Positions 37,566 through 50,345 of a stretch of DNA of 64,000 bases are shown in pieces. The notes beneath the pieces are model-generated. The model ran no database searches. It was not told where the DNA came from and saw only the letters and a list, made by a program, of their open reading frames with translations. The position numbers and the translations under genes were made by a program. Every line of letters starts with the position of its first letter. The first letter of the stretch is position 1. Source of the stretch: Heterodontus francisci (taxonomy: Eukaryota); NCBI RefSeq assembly GCF_036365525.1, contig NW_027140453.1:744001-808000 (forward strand), written 5' to 3'.

Positions 37566-38353
37566 CTGTCTGTCTGTCTGTCTGTCTGTCTTTCTCCCAA
37601 TCTGTCTCAGTCTCTTGATCCATGTTTCCTTTTTTTTCTCTCACTCGGTCTCTCGGTCTTTCTTGTTTTCTCTGTCGCTCTCTCGACCTTTCTTGATCCT
37701 CGTCTCCCTCCTCCTCTCTGCCACCCTCTCTGACCTCCTCTATGTCACCCTCTGTCCTCCTTTCTGTCCTCCTCTCTGTCCTCTTCTCTCTTTTCTCTCT
37801 CTGTCTCTGTCTCTCTGTCTCTGTCAGTTTTCCTCTCAATCTTGTTCTCTCCCTCTCTCACACATTCGGTCTCCCTCTCTTTGTCTCTCTCACTGTGTGT
37901 GTGTATATCCCTCTCTAATGTGATGAATGTCCTTCTCCTGTCCATGTGTATGAAGCTTGAGGGTTGTATGACCTCTGCCTCTTTCTGTTTTCCTATTAAA
38001 TGTTTTACAGACCATTGCATATTCATGGTCCGAGAGCACCCTCTGTTAATCATATAGAGGAAGAAAACTCAGTGTCAGTGCAGTAAAACTCAAGTCGTTT
38101 TATAGTTAATTCTTCCTGATAGTTACAACCTCAGATCTGGTGTTATCCTTGTTAATTGTTCTTTACACATTCTCCACTATCTGTATATCTAATCTCTCAC
38201 TCCCACTCTAACCCATCTCTTCGTGTTATCATAAACACTTTCGCTCTGCAAAACGAAACAAGTTCGAGGCTCCGAGCAGTTTTATCCTCCACAGATTCTT
38301 CCTGCTGCCTTTGGTGTTTTCGATGAACTGCTCCATCTCTCTGAGTCACTGTG

Positions 38354-38649
38354 ATCTCTCCAGGCACAGAAATACACGACCGAGTGATTCTCCCACAGGC
38401 TGGAGGACTCCTGGTTGAACTCGGAATTCCTCGGTCTCCCGGCGGTGAAACCGTCCACCGTCCCCTCTGGATCCACATAGTTAGCAGTATTGGAATAAAA
38501 CATCAACAGCGGCTCCTTCCCCAGGTATTGTCTGTACCAGCACATTCTATCAGTACTGGTGCCCTGCACGGTGCACCTCAGTTCCACTGCTTCTCCACGC
38601 AATCTGGAGACAGCGGCACGAATCTGGTGGATTGTCTGTGAGTTCACAT
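38354..38649 (-). CDS. TRBV: TCR V exon (CAW family), open frame but probably ORF/non-functional
   Basis: VNSQTIHQIRAAV..CTVQGTSTDRMCWYRQ..HSVVYFCAWRD is open. Heptamer 38353-38347 but nonamer TCGAAAACA; the putative leader donor reads GC at 38890-38889. Confidence 0.75.
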
Positions 38650-40939
38650 CTGGGAGAGAGATGGAGAGAGGAGGAGATCATTAAATAGGGAACTTCTTGG
38701 AATGAAAGGGAGACAGAGAGAGGAAAGGAAAGTTATTAATGATATCTTTGTATTTCACACTCACTTACAATGAAACAGGATTATCAGACCCAGTAACTGA
38801 TACATCTTTCACTACAACTTGTTCTCTTACTAAACACAGGAGTGAGAGCAGGAGGTTAAAGTCTTGTGAGGGTCCAAATTCACTCTTTGCAAATCATTGG
38901 GAGGAACATGAAGAGCATTAGGAAGTGATAGAATGTTGGAGACGCCCATTCCCCAGGTCAACAAATCACAATCAAATTTGTTGCTAATGTCTTTCTCTCT
39001 CTCTCTTTGTCTCTCAGTCTACCTTCACTCTCTTTCTCTATCACTCCATCTCTCTCTCTCGAGCACTGTCTCCCTATCTATCTCAGTCTCTTTGTCTCAG
39101 TCTCTCCTCAGTGTCCCACTCTCTCTCTCTCTCTCTCTCTGTAATTATGTGTCTCTTGCTGTCTCGCTGTCTTTGCCTCTATCTCTGTCTACCTTTCTGT
39201 CTCAGTCTCTTTAACTCTGTCTGTCATTTTTCCTCTCTCTTTCCACTCTCTCACTACATCTCTCTCTCTGTCACACACACACACTCTCTTTCTCACTCTA
39301 ATTAAGTGGGTGTCCTTGTCCTGTTGATGTGTATCAAGCTGGATCGGCGTGGTCTCCTGCTCTTTCAGTTTTCTCACTAAATCCTTCTCAAAGCCATTGT
39401 CTGTTACATGGTCCTACAGCCCTCCGGTCCCACTTCCTCTGCTGTCCCTGTGGAGAAGGTAAACACAGGTTCAGTGCATAAAAACCCAGCTTATTGTCAT
39501 TGCTTCCTGATAGTGAATAGTTGCAGTGAATCTCAGTTCTGGTGACATCGTGATTAATCGTCCTTTGCCCCTTTCTCCAGTGCCTATATCTCTAATCTCT
39601 CACTGTCACTGTAACCTGTCTTTTCTTAGGAATGTCGTCCTGCAGTTCCCTCCTACATCCTTTCCCCCCTCACTATATGTAAAAACAAGACCCCACCCTC
39701 CACCCCCCCACACCCCCGCCTCCCCACATTCGAAAACGGACAGCTCGTTTCAGCTTTACCTCGATGGGAGGGTGCAGGGAACATTTGTATGGAGGATAGG
39801 AGAAATGTGTGGGTGTGTTGGATCCAGAGGGGCTGAATGGCCTCCTCCTGTTTATTGTGTTCCTGATAAACATTTTCCTCATCCCAGGGAAAGAAGACAC
39901 TCTGATAGTGGTTAAAACCTGTATCTTTTTACTGATATTCTCTTCTGATAATTACAACCTTTCAGTTCCAGTATCATCCTTGTTAATCATTAATAGAAAG
40001 ATAGAAAGCTTTCCAATACAGAAGGAGGGCATTCCTTGCATCTTCGCCAGTGTCTCTACATTTTGTTTCTGAGTTTTATTCTAAGCGTCTCTTATTGTCC
40101 CAAAAAACGGTCACCCTGCAGCTCCCAGTCCACTGCTGGCTCGGGTGTAGATTTCTCAACCTCAGACTCAAATCCCTCATTGGCTTCGGCCTTCACTGGC
40201 TCTGAACCACCTCCAGCCCAACACCCCTCTGAGATATTGTCTGCATGTTTGTTGGTGTGTCTCTGTGTGTGTGTATATCTGCATGTTTGTGTCTGTTTTT
40301 GTGTATCTGTACTGAGGGAGCGCTTCACTTTAATATGTTGGCACTTTTCCAACGACTTTCCAAAGTTTATTTGCACCACATGTAAACGCCTCTCATTGAA
40401 CCAATCAGACACCAGGTAAATAAAACCTCAGTGCTGTCAGCAAAATACAATTGACCCTTTTACCCCTTCTTGTTTGCTGTCACCAATTAACTCAGGCCTT
40501 GTTAACTGTTCAGGGGCCATACATAGAGACACATCACTCTCGGAGAGACAATACTGAATGAACACTGTGTTGTGAGGGGCACTCTAAGGGGGCCTGGAGA
40601 ATAAAGGCCCCCTCGACAAATAATATATAAAAGGGGCCTGGGGTATAAAGGCTTCCTTTAAAAACAAACGGAGTTAGATACAGAATAAAGCTCCCTCTCC
40701 GCTGTTCCCATAAAAAAAGAAGAGAAAGCGGGGTTGGTTGTTGCTTGATTGGAGGTGCTGCCTGCTGGTTGCAGCAACGAACCCCAGCTAAAGAAAAAAT
40801 AAAGGGGCGCTATATTAAACTGGAGCGGGGCCCTACTGGGAGATTACAGCACCATCGGAGGTGCAGTAAGGAGAGGGTGATGTACTCTTGGGAAGCAGTG
40901 CTGAGGGAGAGCTTCACTATCGGAGCATCATTCTTCCCA

Positions 40940-41480
40940 CACTGCAGTTGTACAGGTTCCGGGAGTACTGTGTACAGTTTTGGTCTCCTTATTTGAGGAA
41001 TGCTATACATACATTTGAGTGAGTTCAATGAAGGTTCACTCGGATGATTCCTGGGATTTCGGGATTATTTTATGAGCAGTGGTTGAGAGGTCTGGGTTTA
41101 TGTTCCCCATAGTTTAAAACAATGCGAGGATATCTCTTTGAAACATAGACAATTGTTAGGGTGTGGTGGATGCTAAGAGTACCTTTCCCCTGGGATAGAG
41201 AGTCACAATTTCAGGATAAGGGGTTGGCCATTTGGGAATGAGATGAGTAGAAATGTCTTCACTCAGTGGGTTGTGAATCTTTGGAATTCTCTACCAATGA
41301 GAACTGTGGATGCTCACTCGTTGAGGAAAGTGAAGACCGAGATTGATAGATTTTTGGATTCAGAGAGAATCCAGGGATATGAGGATTGGGTAAGAAGGTA
41401 GAGTCGAGGTTGAGGAGTAGCTGTGATCCTATTGAATGGTGAAGCAGGCTCGAGGGGCTGAATGGCCTGCTCCTGCAGCT
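40940..41480 (+). mobile_element. Decayed CR1-like 3' fragment
   Basis: EYCVQFWSP-like and FTQWVVNLWNSLP-like sequence, with tail GGGGCTGAATGGCCTGCTCCTG. Confidence 0.7.
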
Positions 41481-42261
41481 ATTTAATGGATTCTGTGTTC
41501 CCCTGCCCATCCTGTTCTCCCTTTCTCTACTACCCTCCGCTTTTCCATTCCCCCTCCTTCTCACACTCCTCCCTCTGCTCTGTGTATGGACAGTGAGGGG
41601 GTTCAGTGACAGAGCCATTCCTGACATCATTGCTGAATGGCCGTGCTCAAATGTTGAGCTTAACCTTATATGATCTGTAAACGGCACGAGAGCCAATAGT
41701 TTCTCCATATCTGCTGAAATAAATTAGATGACACTTTATTGTTTTATACTGAAGGGAATGCCAGTCTAGTTTCTCCAAAATGTCCTGATCATTGAACTAC
41801 TTCTGCTCAGGTATCATTGTAGTGAACCTAAACAGCAACCCCTCCAAGGACGATGCTTTCTGAGCTTTGGTGTGCAGAACTGAATGTGTTAACTCCACAT
41901 GGGGTTTAGTCAGAGTTTCCCAGAATTGTGGTAGATCCTTGACCCCTTTTCATCACAGCCCACTTGTGATTTAGAAAGCGTCTGGTGGATCTGCTCAGGT
42001 TTATTTTGGCAGCGGTTAATTCAACAGGAGTTGAACTTAAATCACAGTGTGTTTGTCATCCTGTCAGACGTACATTGTGAACATTGGACTGCCAACTGTT
42101 GGTGTTCGAAGCAGCAGAGACTGATCGAAGGTAAAGTATAAATTATAATCACAGAGAAAATGGGTGAAATATTTCATGGTGCCAGCTGATCGTAGATGAC
42201 ATTGTATAAGGACATGTAGAGAATAGTAAAATGTATTCTTGGGATGCGGGTAACCCTGGCA

Positions 42262-42940
42262 TGGAGCAGCACTCTCTCAGTACTGACCCTCCGAAAGTGC
42301 AGCACTCCCTCAGTACTGACCCTCCAACAGTGCAGCACTCCCTCAGTACTGACCCTCCAAAAGTGAGGCACTCCCTCAGTACTGACCCTCCAACAGTGCA
42401 GCACTCCCTCAGTACTGACCCTCCAACAGTGCAGCACTCCCTCAGTACTGACCCTCCAATAGTGCAGCACTCCCTCAGTACTGACCCTCCAACAGTGCAG
42501 CACTCCCCCAGTACTGACCCTCCAACAGTGCGGCTCTCCCTCAGTACTGAACCTCCAACAGCGCAGTGCTCCCTCAGTACTGACCTTCCAATGGTGCGGC
42601 ATTGCCTCAGCCCTGACCCTCCGACAGTGAGGCGCTCCCTCAGTACTGACCCTCCAAAAGTGCGGCGCTGCCTCAGTACTGACCCTCCGACAGTGCAGCA
42701 CTCCCTCAGTACTGACCCTTTGGTAGTGTGGTGCTCCCTCAGTACTGACCCTCCGACAGTGCGGCGCTGCCTCAGTACTGACCCTCCGACAGTGCCGCAC
42801 TCCCTCAGTACTGACCCTCTGACAGTGCAGCATTCCATCAGTACTGACCCTCCGACAGTGCGGCACTCCCTCAGTACTGACCCTCCGACAGTGCGGCACT
42901 CCCTCATTACTGACCCTCCGACAGTGCGGCACTCCCTCAG
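42262..42940 (+). repeat. 33-bp minisatellite, about 20 copies
   Basis: Unit CACTCCCTCAGTACTGACCCTCCGACAGTGCAG; source of ORFs 42149-43064. Confidence 0.95.
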
Positions 42941-42989
42941 TTTCGACTCTTTGACAGAGAATCGCTGCCTCTGTACTAACTGTGCAGCA

Positions 42990-43580
42990 ATCTCCTCCAG
43001 CCCCTTCAATCCTCCCATTCTCTGTAACTTCCTCCAGCCCCTGCAACCCTTCCTGCCTCTGTAATCTCCTCTAGCGCCGACAAGCTTTCCTGTCTCTGGA
43101 ACCTCCTCCAGCCCCTACAATCCTCCCTATCTCTGTAACCTTCTCCAGTCCCTACAACCCTCCCTATCTCTGTAACCTCCTCCAGTCCCTACAACCCTCC
43201 CTATCTCTGTAACCTCCTCCAGTGCCGACAACCATCACTCTCTCTGTCATCGCCTCCAGCCCCTGCATCCCACCGTATCTCTGTAACCTCCTCCAGTGCC
43301 TACAACCATCACTCTCTCTGTAATCGCCTCCAGCCCCTACATCCCACCCTATCTCTGTAACCTCCTCCAGTCCCTGCAACCATCACTCTCTCTGTAATCG
43401 CCTCCAGCCCCTGCAACCCACCCTATCTCTGTAACCTCCTCCAGCCCCGACAACCATCACTCTCTCTGTAACCTCCTCCAGCAACTGCAACTCTCCCTAT
43501 CTCTGTATATCCTCCAGCAACTTCAACACTCCCTACCTTGGTAACCTCTTCCAGGCCCTGCAACTCTCCCTATCTCTATA
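42990..43580 (+). repeat. Degenerate minisatellite, unit about 35-38 bp
   Basis: Unit like CTATCTCTGTAACCTCCTCCAGCCCCTACAACCCTCC. Confidence 0.9.
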
Positions 43581-43813
43581 AAACATTCCAGAATTGAATG
43601 GGTTCTACAGAAATAAAGAAGGTGTGAAGTAGTCATTGCCGGTCACTACAGTGTAGAAAATCCCTCTTTCCCAGCAGAGGCGGGAGGTAATAAACATTTA
43701 TCTTAAAAAGGCAGCTCTGGAAAGAATCGGTCACTGTCACTTTTGTCTGTCTCTCTCTCTTCCTCTCTCTCTCTCTTTCCGTCTCTTGCTCTATCCATCT
43801 TTCTCTCTGTCCG

Positions 43814-43848
<35 letters not shown>

Positions 43849-44326
43849 CACTTGCTCTCTCTCTGTCGCTCTCTGTCGCTCTCTTTCTGTCTGTCGATGT
43901 CTTTCTCTGTCTCTGTCGCGCTTGCTATCTCTCTCTCTTTGCCTCTCTCTCCCTCTATCTTTCTATCTTTCTCTCTCTATCTTTGTCACTCTCTCTCTCT
44001 CTGTCTTTCTCTAAGTTTCTATCACTTGCTCTCTGTCTCTCTTGCTCTCTCTCCATCTCTCTCTCTCTGTCTTTCTCACTTGCTCTTTATCTTTCTCTCT
44101 CTCTCTGTCTGTCTCTCTAAATTTCTATCACTTGCTCTCTATCTATCTCTCTCTCCGTCTCTCTCAGTTGCTCTCTATCTATCGCTCTCTATCTTTGTCA
44201 CCCTCTCTCTCTCTCGCTCTGTCTCTCTCACACTGACTGGGTCTTCGATTAGAAATTCTGTCCCATTGATGACCTCCTCCCTTTGTTCCCTCTTTCAGGA
44301 TTTGGAGTGGGCAGGAAGATCCCACG

Positions 44327-46369
44327 ATGCGGACTCTCTGCTTGTTCCTGTTGGTGCTGTTCTGGGTCCCCGAGTCAGATGCGGCTGCACTAAATGACAA
44401 TGTCTTGGCTGGAATTGTCTCACAGTAAGTGTTCATCCTGCCCAGGCCTTTCACCATTCACTGACAGGGTTAGGCTGTGAGAATGGCCCAGGTCTACTCT
44501 CCTGGCATGAGTCTCCGCTCTGTCAAAGTGATGAGGGGGAACAGGGCAGAGTCCAGTTAAATTAAAATAACATGGAACTACAGAGAGGGGAAGGTGAGCG
44601 AGAAAGGACTCAGAGTGAGACATGTCACTTCATCAATAATCTGACTCACTGACCCCACTCACTGACCCCGCTCACTGACCCCACTCACTGACCCCACTCA
44701 CTGACCCCACTTACATACCGCACTCACTGACCCCACTCACTGCCCCCACTCACTGACCCCACTCACTGACCCCACCCACTGACCCCTCTCACTGACCCCT
44801 CTCACTGACCCCTCTCACTGACCCCACTCACTGACCCCACTCACTGACCCCTCTCACTGACCCCACTCACTGACCCCACTCACTGACCGCGCTCACTGAC
44901 CTCGCTCACTGACCTCGCTCCTCTCCCCCTCTCGCTCTCTCTCCCTGTTGCCCTGTGTCTATCTCTTTCTCTCTCTATGTCTTCCATTCTATTTATCTCT
45001 TGGTTTGTGTTGCTGTTAATCTCTCACTGTATTTCTCCTGTCACTTGTCCCTCTCCATGCTCGACGGCCTGTCTATCTCTCTCATCTCTGTCTCTATTAC
45101 TTTATCCTTTTTCAGTTTATCACTGCCTCTGTTCCCTCTCTCTGTCTCTATCTGTATCTGTCTCCATCTTGTTCTTCCTTTTTCTGTCTCTATCTGTTTC
45201 TATGTACTTGTCTCCAGAACTCTTCCTTTCCCTCGCTTTGTTTCTTCTCTCCATCTCTGTCTCTCCTGCTGTCTTCTACCCTCCCTCTATCACATTCTCT
45301 GTCTCCCTCCCTCCATCCATCTCTCCACCTCTTTGTTTCTCCCTTGCTCTTGTTCCCATCCCTCTTTCCATCTCTGTTTCATTGGAATGAGTTCATTCGG
45401 TCCCGTCCTTTCCAATGTCGTAAATTAATGACCAAATTTATTGAAATGCCACAGCATACAAGACTACGGGCCAAGTGCTGGGAAATAGGATTAGAATAGT
45501 TAGGTGCTTGATGGCTGGCACAGACACGATGGGCCGAAGGGCCTGTTTCTGTGCTGTGTAACTCTTTGACTCTCTGACTCAAACTCCCAGTTTCCCTCCT
45601 TCCATCATGAGGTATGGTATTAAATAGGCAGGTGACCATAATCCACATCATACTGACCTGGCACAAGGAGAATTTCATTCACAATTCCTACCTTGACTCT
45701 CACTTTGTGTTTGTCCCTTTCAGATTCCGACAAGTGTCTGGCCACCAGCCCAGCAGTACGACTGGGGGAGGACAGTTCGCCTTCCTGATGGTGTTAACTC
45801 CTCAACAATGCACCGGTGCCAATATCAATCAGAATGTACAATTCAGACCCTCTGATTCAGGAAGACCGGTTATTCGTGGCGGTGTGAATTACTTCCTGAA
45901 CAGTCGATCAGTAAACTACATCGCAGTTTACCCCAACACAGGAAGTCGCTGCTCAGAGAATAAACTGTTACACTTCACTCAGGAGGATCAACGCTATGGG
46001 CAGACTGACAGTGCAGCTCGGCTGCTTCAGAATAGCATCAATAACCAGGGGCTGCAGGTTGGCTGTGTCATTCTCTACACCACCTACACCCCCTGCATCC
46101 AGAGCTGCTTCAGTGGCAATGAGAATTGTGACATCCTCGCCGCGTTAGGCCAGGCACCCTTTAGCCACCCATGGGCTGGCCCGCAGGTTCAGAAGTATTT
46201 TGTCTTCAGTACATTGTACCGATACGACAATAATAGAAATAAGATCCCCACAGTTCGAAACAAGCTGGGACAAGTTACCCAGGCAGGCTTTCACATCAGA
46301 AAGTGTGATGGGACCAACAGCCAAATACAGTGTCAGGACTGCACCCACCCTGGGGGCTACTGTATCTAG
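44327..46369 (+). CDS. Secreted AID/APOBEC-like cytidine-deaminase-fold protein (SNAD-like), 247 aa; coding exons 44327-44424 and 45724-46369
   Basis: Exon A: acceptor tctttcag|44299, ATG 44327, MRTLCLFLLVLFWVPESDA|AALNDNVLAGIVS, phase-2 donor CA|GTAAGT. Exon B: acceptor ccctttcag|A restores frame (QFRQVSG..). Motifs QFAFLMVLTPQQC, YIAVYP..RCSENKLL, CVILYTTYTPCIQSC, YFVFSTLY and a Cys-rich C-terminus RKC..C.DC..YCI. No stops; 744 nt including the stop codon. Confidence 0.8.
44640..44922 (+). repeat. 14-bp minisatellite in the deaminase intron
   Basis: (CTCACTGACCCCA/T)n. Confidence 0.9.
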
Positions 46370-46479
46370 TAAACAGTCTCACTACAGGAGGCAATAGCAG
46401 ATCAGAGAGTCCCAGGAAAACAGTGCAAATCATTCTATTACTCTAGAAATCTATCTACTTCCATTTTATTCTGTTAATA

Positions 46480-49400
46480 TAGAACATACATAGAAAATAC
46501 AGCACAGAACAGGCCCTTCGGCCCACGATGTTGTGCCGATCCTTTGTCCTCTGTCAAGGACAATTTAATCTATACCCCATCATTCTCCTTTATCCATATA
46601 CCTATCTAAAAGCCGTTTGAAAGTCCCTAAAGTTTCTGACTCAACAACTTCCCCAGGCAAGGCATTCCATGCCCCGACCACTCTCTGGGTAAAGAACCTT
46701 CCCCTGACATCCCCCTTATATCTCCCACCCTTCACCTTAAATTTATGACCCCTTGTAACGCTTTGCTCCACCCGGGGAAAAAGTTTCTGACTGTCTACCC
46801 TATCTATTCCCCTGATCATCTTATAAACCTCTATCATGTCACCCCTCATCCTTCTCCGTTCTAATGAGAAGAGGCCTAGAATGTTCAGCCTTTCCTCGTA
46901 AGACTTATTCTCCATTCCAGGCAACATCCTGGTAAATCTCCTCTGCACCCTCTCCAAGGCTTCCACATCCTTCCTAAAATGAGGCGACCAGAACTGCACA
47001 CAGTACTCCAAATGAGGCCTTACCAAGGTCCTGTACAGCTGCATCATCACCTCACGGCTCTTAAATTCAATCCCTCTGCTAATGAACGCTAACACCCCAT
47101 ATGCCTTCTTCACAGCCCTATCCACTTGAGTTGCAACTTTCAACGATCTATGCACATAGACCCCAAGGTCTCTCTGCTCCTCCACATGCCCAAGAACCCT
47201 ACCGTTAACCCAGTATTTTGCATTCGTGTTTGTCCTTCCAAAATGGACGACCTCACACTTTTCAGGGTTAAACTCCATCTGCCACTTTTCAGCCCAGCAC
47301 TGCAACCTATCCAAGTCCCTTTGCAGACGACAATAGCCCTCCTCGGTATCCACAACTCCACCAACCTTTGTATCATCTGCAAATTTACTGACCCACCCTT
47401 CGACTTCCTCATCCAAGTCGTTAATAAAAATCACAAACAGGAGAGGACCCAGAACTGATCCCTGTGGCACGCCACTGGTAACTGGGCTCCAGGCTGAGTA
47501 TTTACCATCTAAGACCACTCTCTGCCTTCTATCAGTTAGCCAATTCTTAATCTAACTGGCCACATTCCCCACTATCCCATGCCTCCTGACTTTCTCCATA
47601 AGTCTACCATGGGGGACCTTATCAAATGCCTTACTAAAATCCATGTACACCACATCCACTGGTTTACCCTCATCCACTTGCTTGGTCACCTGCTCAAAGA
47701 ATTCAATCAGGCTTGTGAGGCAAGACCTACCCCTCACAAAACCGTGCTGACTGTCCCGAATCAAGCAGTGTCTTTCCAGATGCTCAGAAATCCTATCCCT
47801 CAGCACCTTTTCCATCAACTTGCCTACCACCGAAGTAAGACTAACTGGCCTGTAATTCCCAGGGTTGTTCCTATTCCCTTTCTTGAACAGGGGCACAACA
47901 TTTGCCACCCTCCAATCACCTGGTACCACCCCCGTCAACAGAGAAGATGAAAAGATCATTGCCAGCGGCTCTGCAATTTCATCCCTTGCTTCCCATAACA
48001 TCCTTGGATATACCCCGTCAGGCCCGGGAGACTTGTCTATCTTCAAGTTATTCAAAAACCCCAACACATCTTCCCTCCTAACGAGCACTTCCTCGAGCTT
48101 ACCAGTCTGTTTCACACCGTCCTCTTCAGTAATACACCCCTTCTCATTCGTAAATACCGAAGAGAAGTACTCATTCAAAACCTCACTTATCTCTTCCGGC
48201 TCAACACACAGTCTCCCGCTATTGTCCTTGACCGGACCTACGGTCCCCCTAGTCATCCTCATATTTCTGACATACGCGTAAAAGGCCTTGGGGTTTTCTT
48301 TTATCCTACCCGCCAAGCATTTTTCATGCCCTCTCTTAGCTCTCCTAATCCCTTTCTTCAGATCCTTCCTGGCCATCTTGTATCCCTCCAGAGCTATGCC
48401 TGTGCCCTTTTTCCTCAACCTTATATACGCATCCTTCTTCTTCCTAACAAGACTCTCAACCTCTCTTGTCAACCACGGTTCCCTCACATGACCATCCCTT
48501 CCCTGTCTGACAGGGACATGCTTATCAATGGCCCCTACTATCTGCTCCTTGAAAAAGTTCCACATTTCGACCGTGCCCTTCCCTGCCAGCATATGCTCCC
48601 AACTTATGCTCCTCAGTTCCTGCCTGACAGCATCATATCTACCCTTCCCCCAATTGTAAACCTTGCCCTGTTGCACATACCTATCCCTCTCCATTACCAC
48701 AGTGAATGCTACAGAATTGTGATCACTATCTCCAAAGTGCTCGCCCACCAACAGCTCTATCACTTGCCCTGGTTCATTACCTAGTACCAAATCCAATATT
48801 GCCTCCCCTCTGGTCGGGCAGTCTACATACTGAGTCAGAAAAGCTTCCTGGACATACTGCACAAACACTACCCCATCCAAACTATTCGATCTGAAGAGTT
48901 GCCAATCAATATTTGGGAAGTTGAAATCCCCCATAATTACTACCCTGTGACTTCTGCTCCTTTCCAAAATCTGTTTCCCAATCTGCTCTTCCACCTCCCT
49001 GCTGCTATTGGGGGGCCGATAGAAAACTCCCATCAAGGTGACTGCTCCTTTCCTGTTCCTGACCTCAACCCACAGTGCCTCAGTCGGCAGATCCTCCTCG
49101 AAAATTCTTTCAGCAGTTGTTACACTATTTCTAACTAACAATGCCACCCCCCCACCTCTTTTACCACCATTCCTAATCTTATGAAAACATCTATAACCAG
49201 GTACCTCCAAGAACCATTCCTCCCCCTCACCTATCCACGTTTCAGTGATGGCCACAACATCGTAGTCCCAAGTGCCCATCCACGCCTTCAATTCACTCAC
49301 CTTATTCCTGATGCTTCTTGCGTTGAAGTATACGCACTTTAACCCTTCTCCGTGCCCATCTGTCCTCTGCGACAGTGCTACCTTCCCCAATACCTCACTA

Positions 49401-49735
49401 CACTCTTTGTCTTTCTGAGTGGACCCACTGGTCCCTGGACTACAAGTCCGGTTCCCATCCCCCTCCCAAACTAGTTTAAACCCTCCCGAACAGTACTAGC
49501 AAACCTCCCTCCCAGGATATTGGTGCCCCTCTGGTTCAGATGCAGCCCGTCCTGTTTGAACAGGTCCCATCTTCCCCAGAATGCAGTCCAATTATCCAAG
49601 AACTGGAAGCCCTCCCTCCTACACCATTCCTGCAGCCACGTGTTCAGCTGTGCTCTCTCCCTATTCCTAGCCTCACTATCACGTGGCGCCGGCAACAAAC
49701 CAGAGATAACAACTCTGTCCGTCCTAGCTTTCAGC
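46480..49735 (-). mobile_element. CR1 LINE: ORF1 esterase (SGNH) tail plus ORF2 with a single nonsense codon
   Basis: 49698-49471 ..FKQDGLHLNQRG (GDSL/SGNH block V). ORF2 49390-47552 and 47518-46580 are in the same frame, separated by TAG in VAS*IKNWL. Possible TSD TAATA. Confidence 0.93.
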
Positions 49736-49749
49736 TAATAATGCAGCTT

Positions 49750-50345
49750 TCCCCAGATCACTCTCTATAATAATCCCTCATTCTCCAGATCACTCTCTAT
49801 AACAATCCCTCATTCTCCAGATCAATCTCTATAACAATCCCTCATTCCCCAGATCACTCTCTATAACAATCCCTCATTCTCCAGATCACTCTCTATAATA
49901 ATCCCTCATTCCCCAGACAACTCTCTACAATAATCCCTCATTCCCCAGGTCACTCTCTATAATAATCCCTCATTCTCCAGATCACTCTCTAAAATAATCC
50001 CTCATTCTCCAGATCACTCTCTATTAAAATCCCACATTCTCCAGATCACTCCCTATAATAATCCCTCATTCTCCTGATCACTCTCTATAAAAATCCCTCA
50101 TTCTCCAGATCACTCTCTATAATAATCCCTCATTCTCCAGATCACTCTCTATAATAATCCCTCATTCTCTGGATCACTCTCGATAATAATCCCTCATTCT
50201 CCAGATCACTCCCTATAATAATCCCTCATTCTCCAGATCTCTCTCTATAAAAATCCCTCATTCTCCAGATCACTCCCTATAATAATCCCTCATTGTCCAG
50301 GTCACTCTCTATAATAATGCTTCATTCTCCAGGTCACTCCCTACA
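49750..50345 (+). repeat. 32-bp minisatellite, about 18 copies
   Basis: Unit ATCCCTCATTCTCCAGATCACTCTCTATAATA. Confidence 0.9.

Noticed and set aside
42149-43064. 277-290 aa repetitive ORFs on both strands
   Set aside because: A 33-bp minisatellite (multiple of 3) is open in several frames; no splice or domain evidence.
43671-43684. CCAGCAGAGGCGGG upstream of the deaminase as a CTCF site
   Set aside because: One base short of the core spacing and a single copy; too weak to report.
45614-45723. N-terminal part of track ORF 45614-46369
   Set aside because: Intronic; it precedes a strong pyrimidine-rich acceptor at 45723, and the real start is at 44327.
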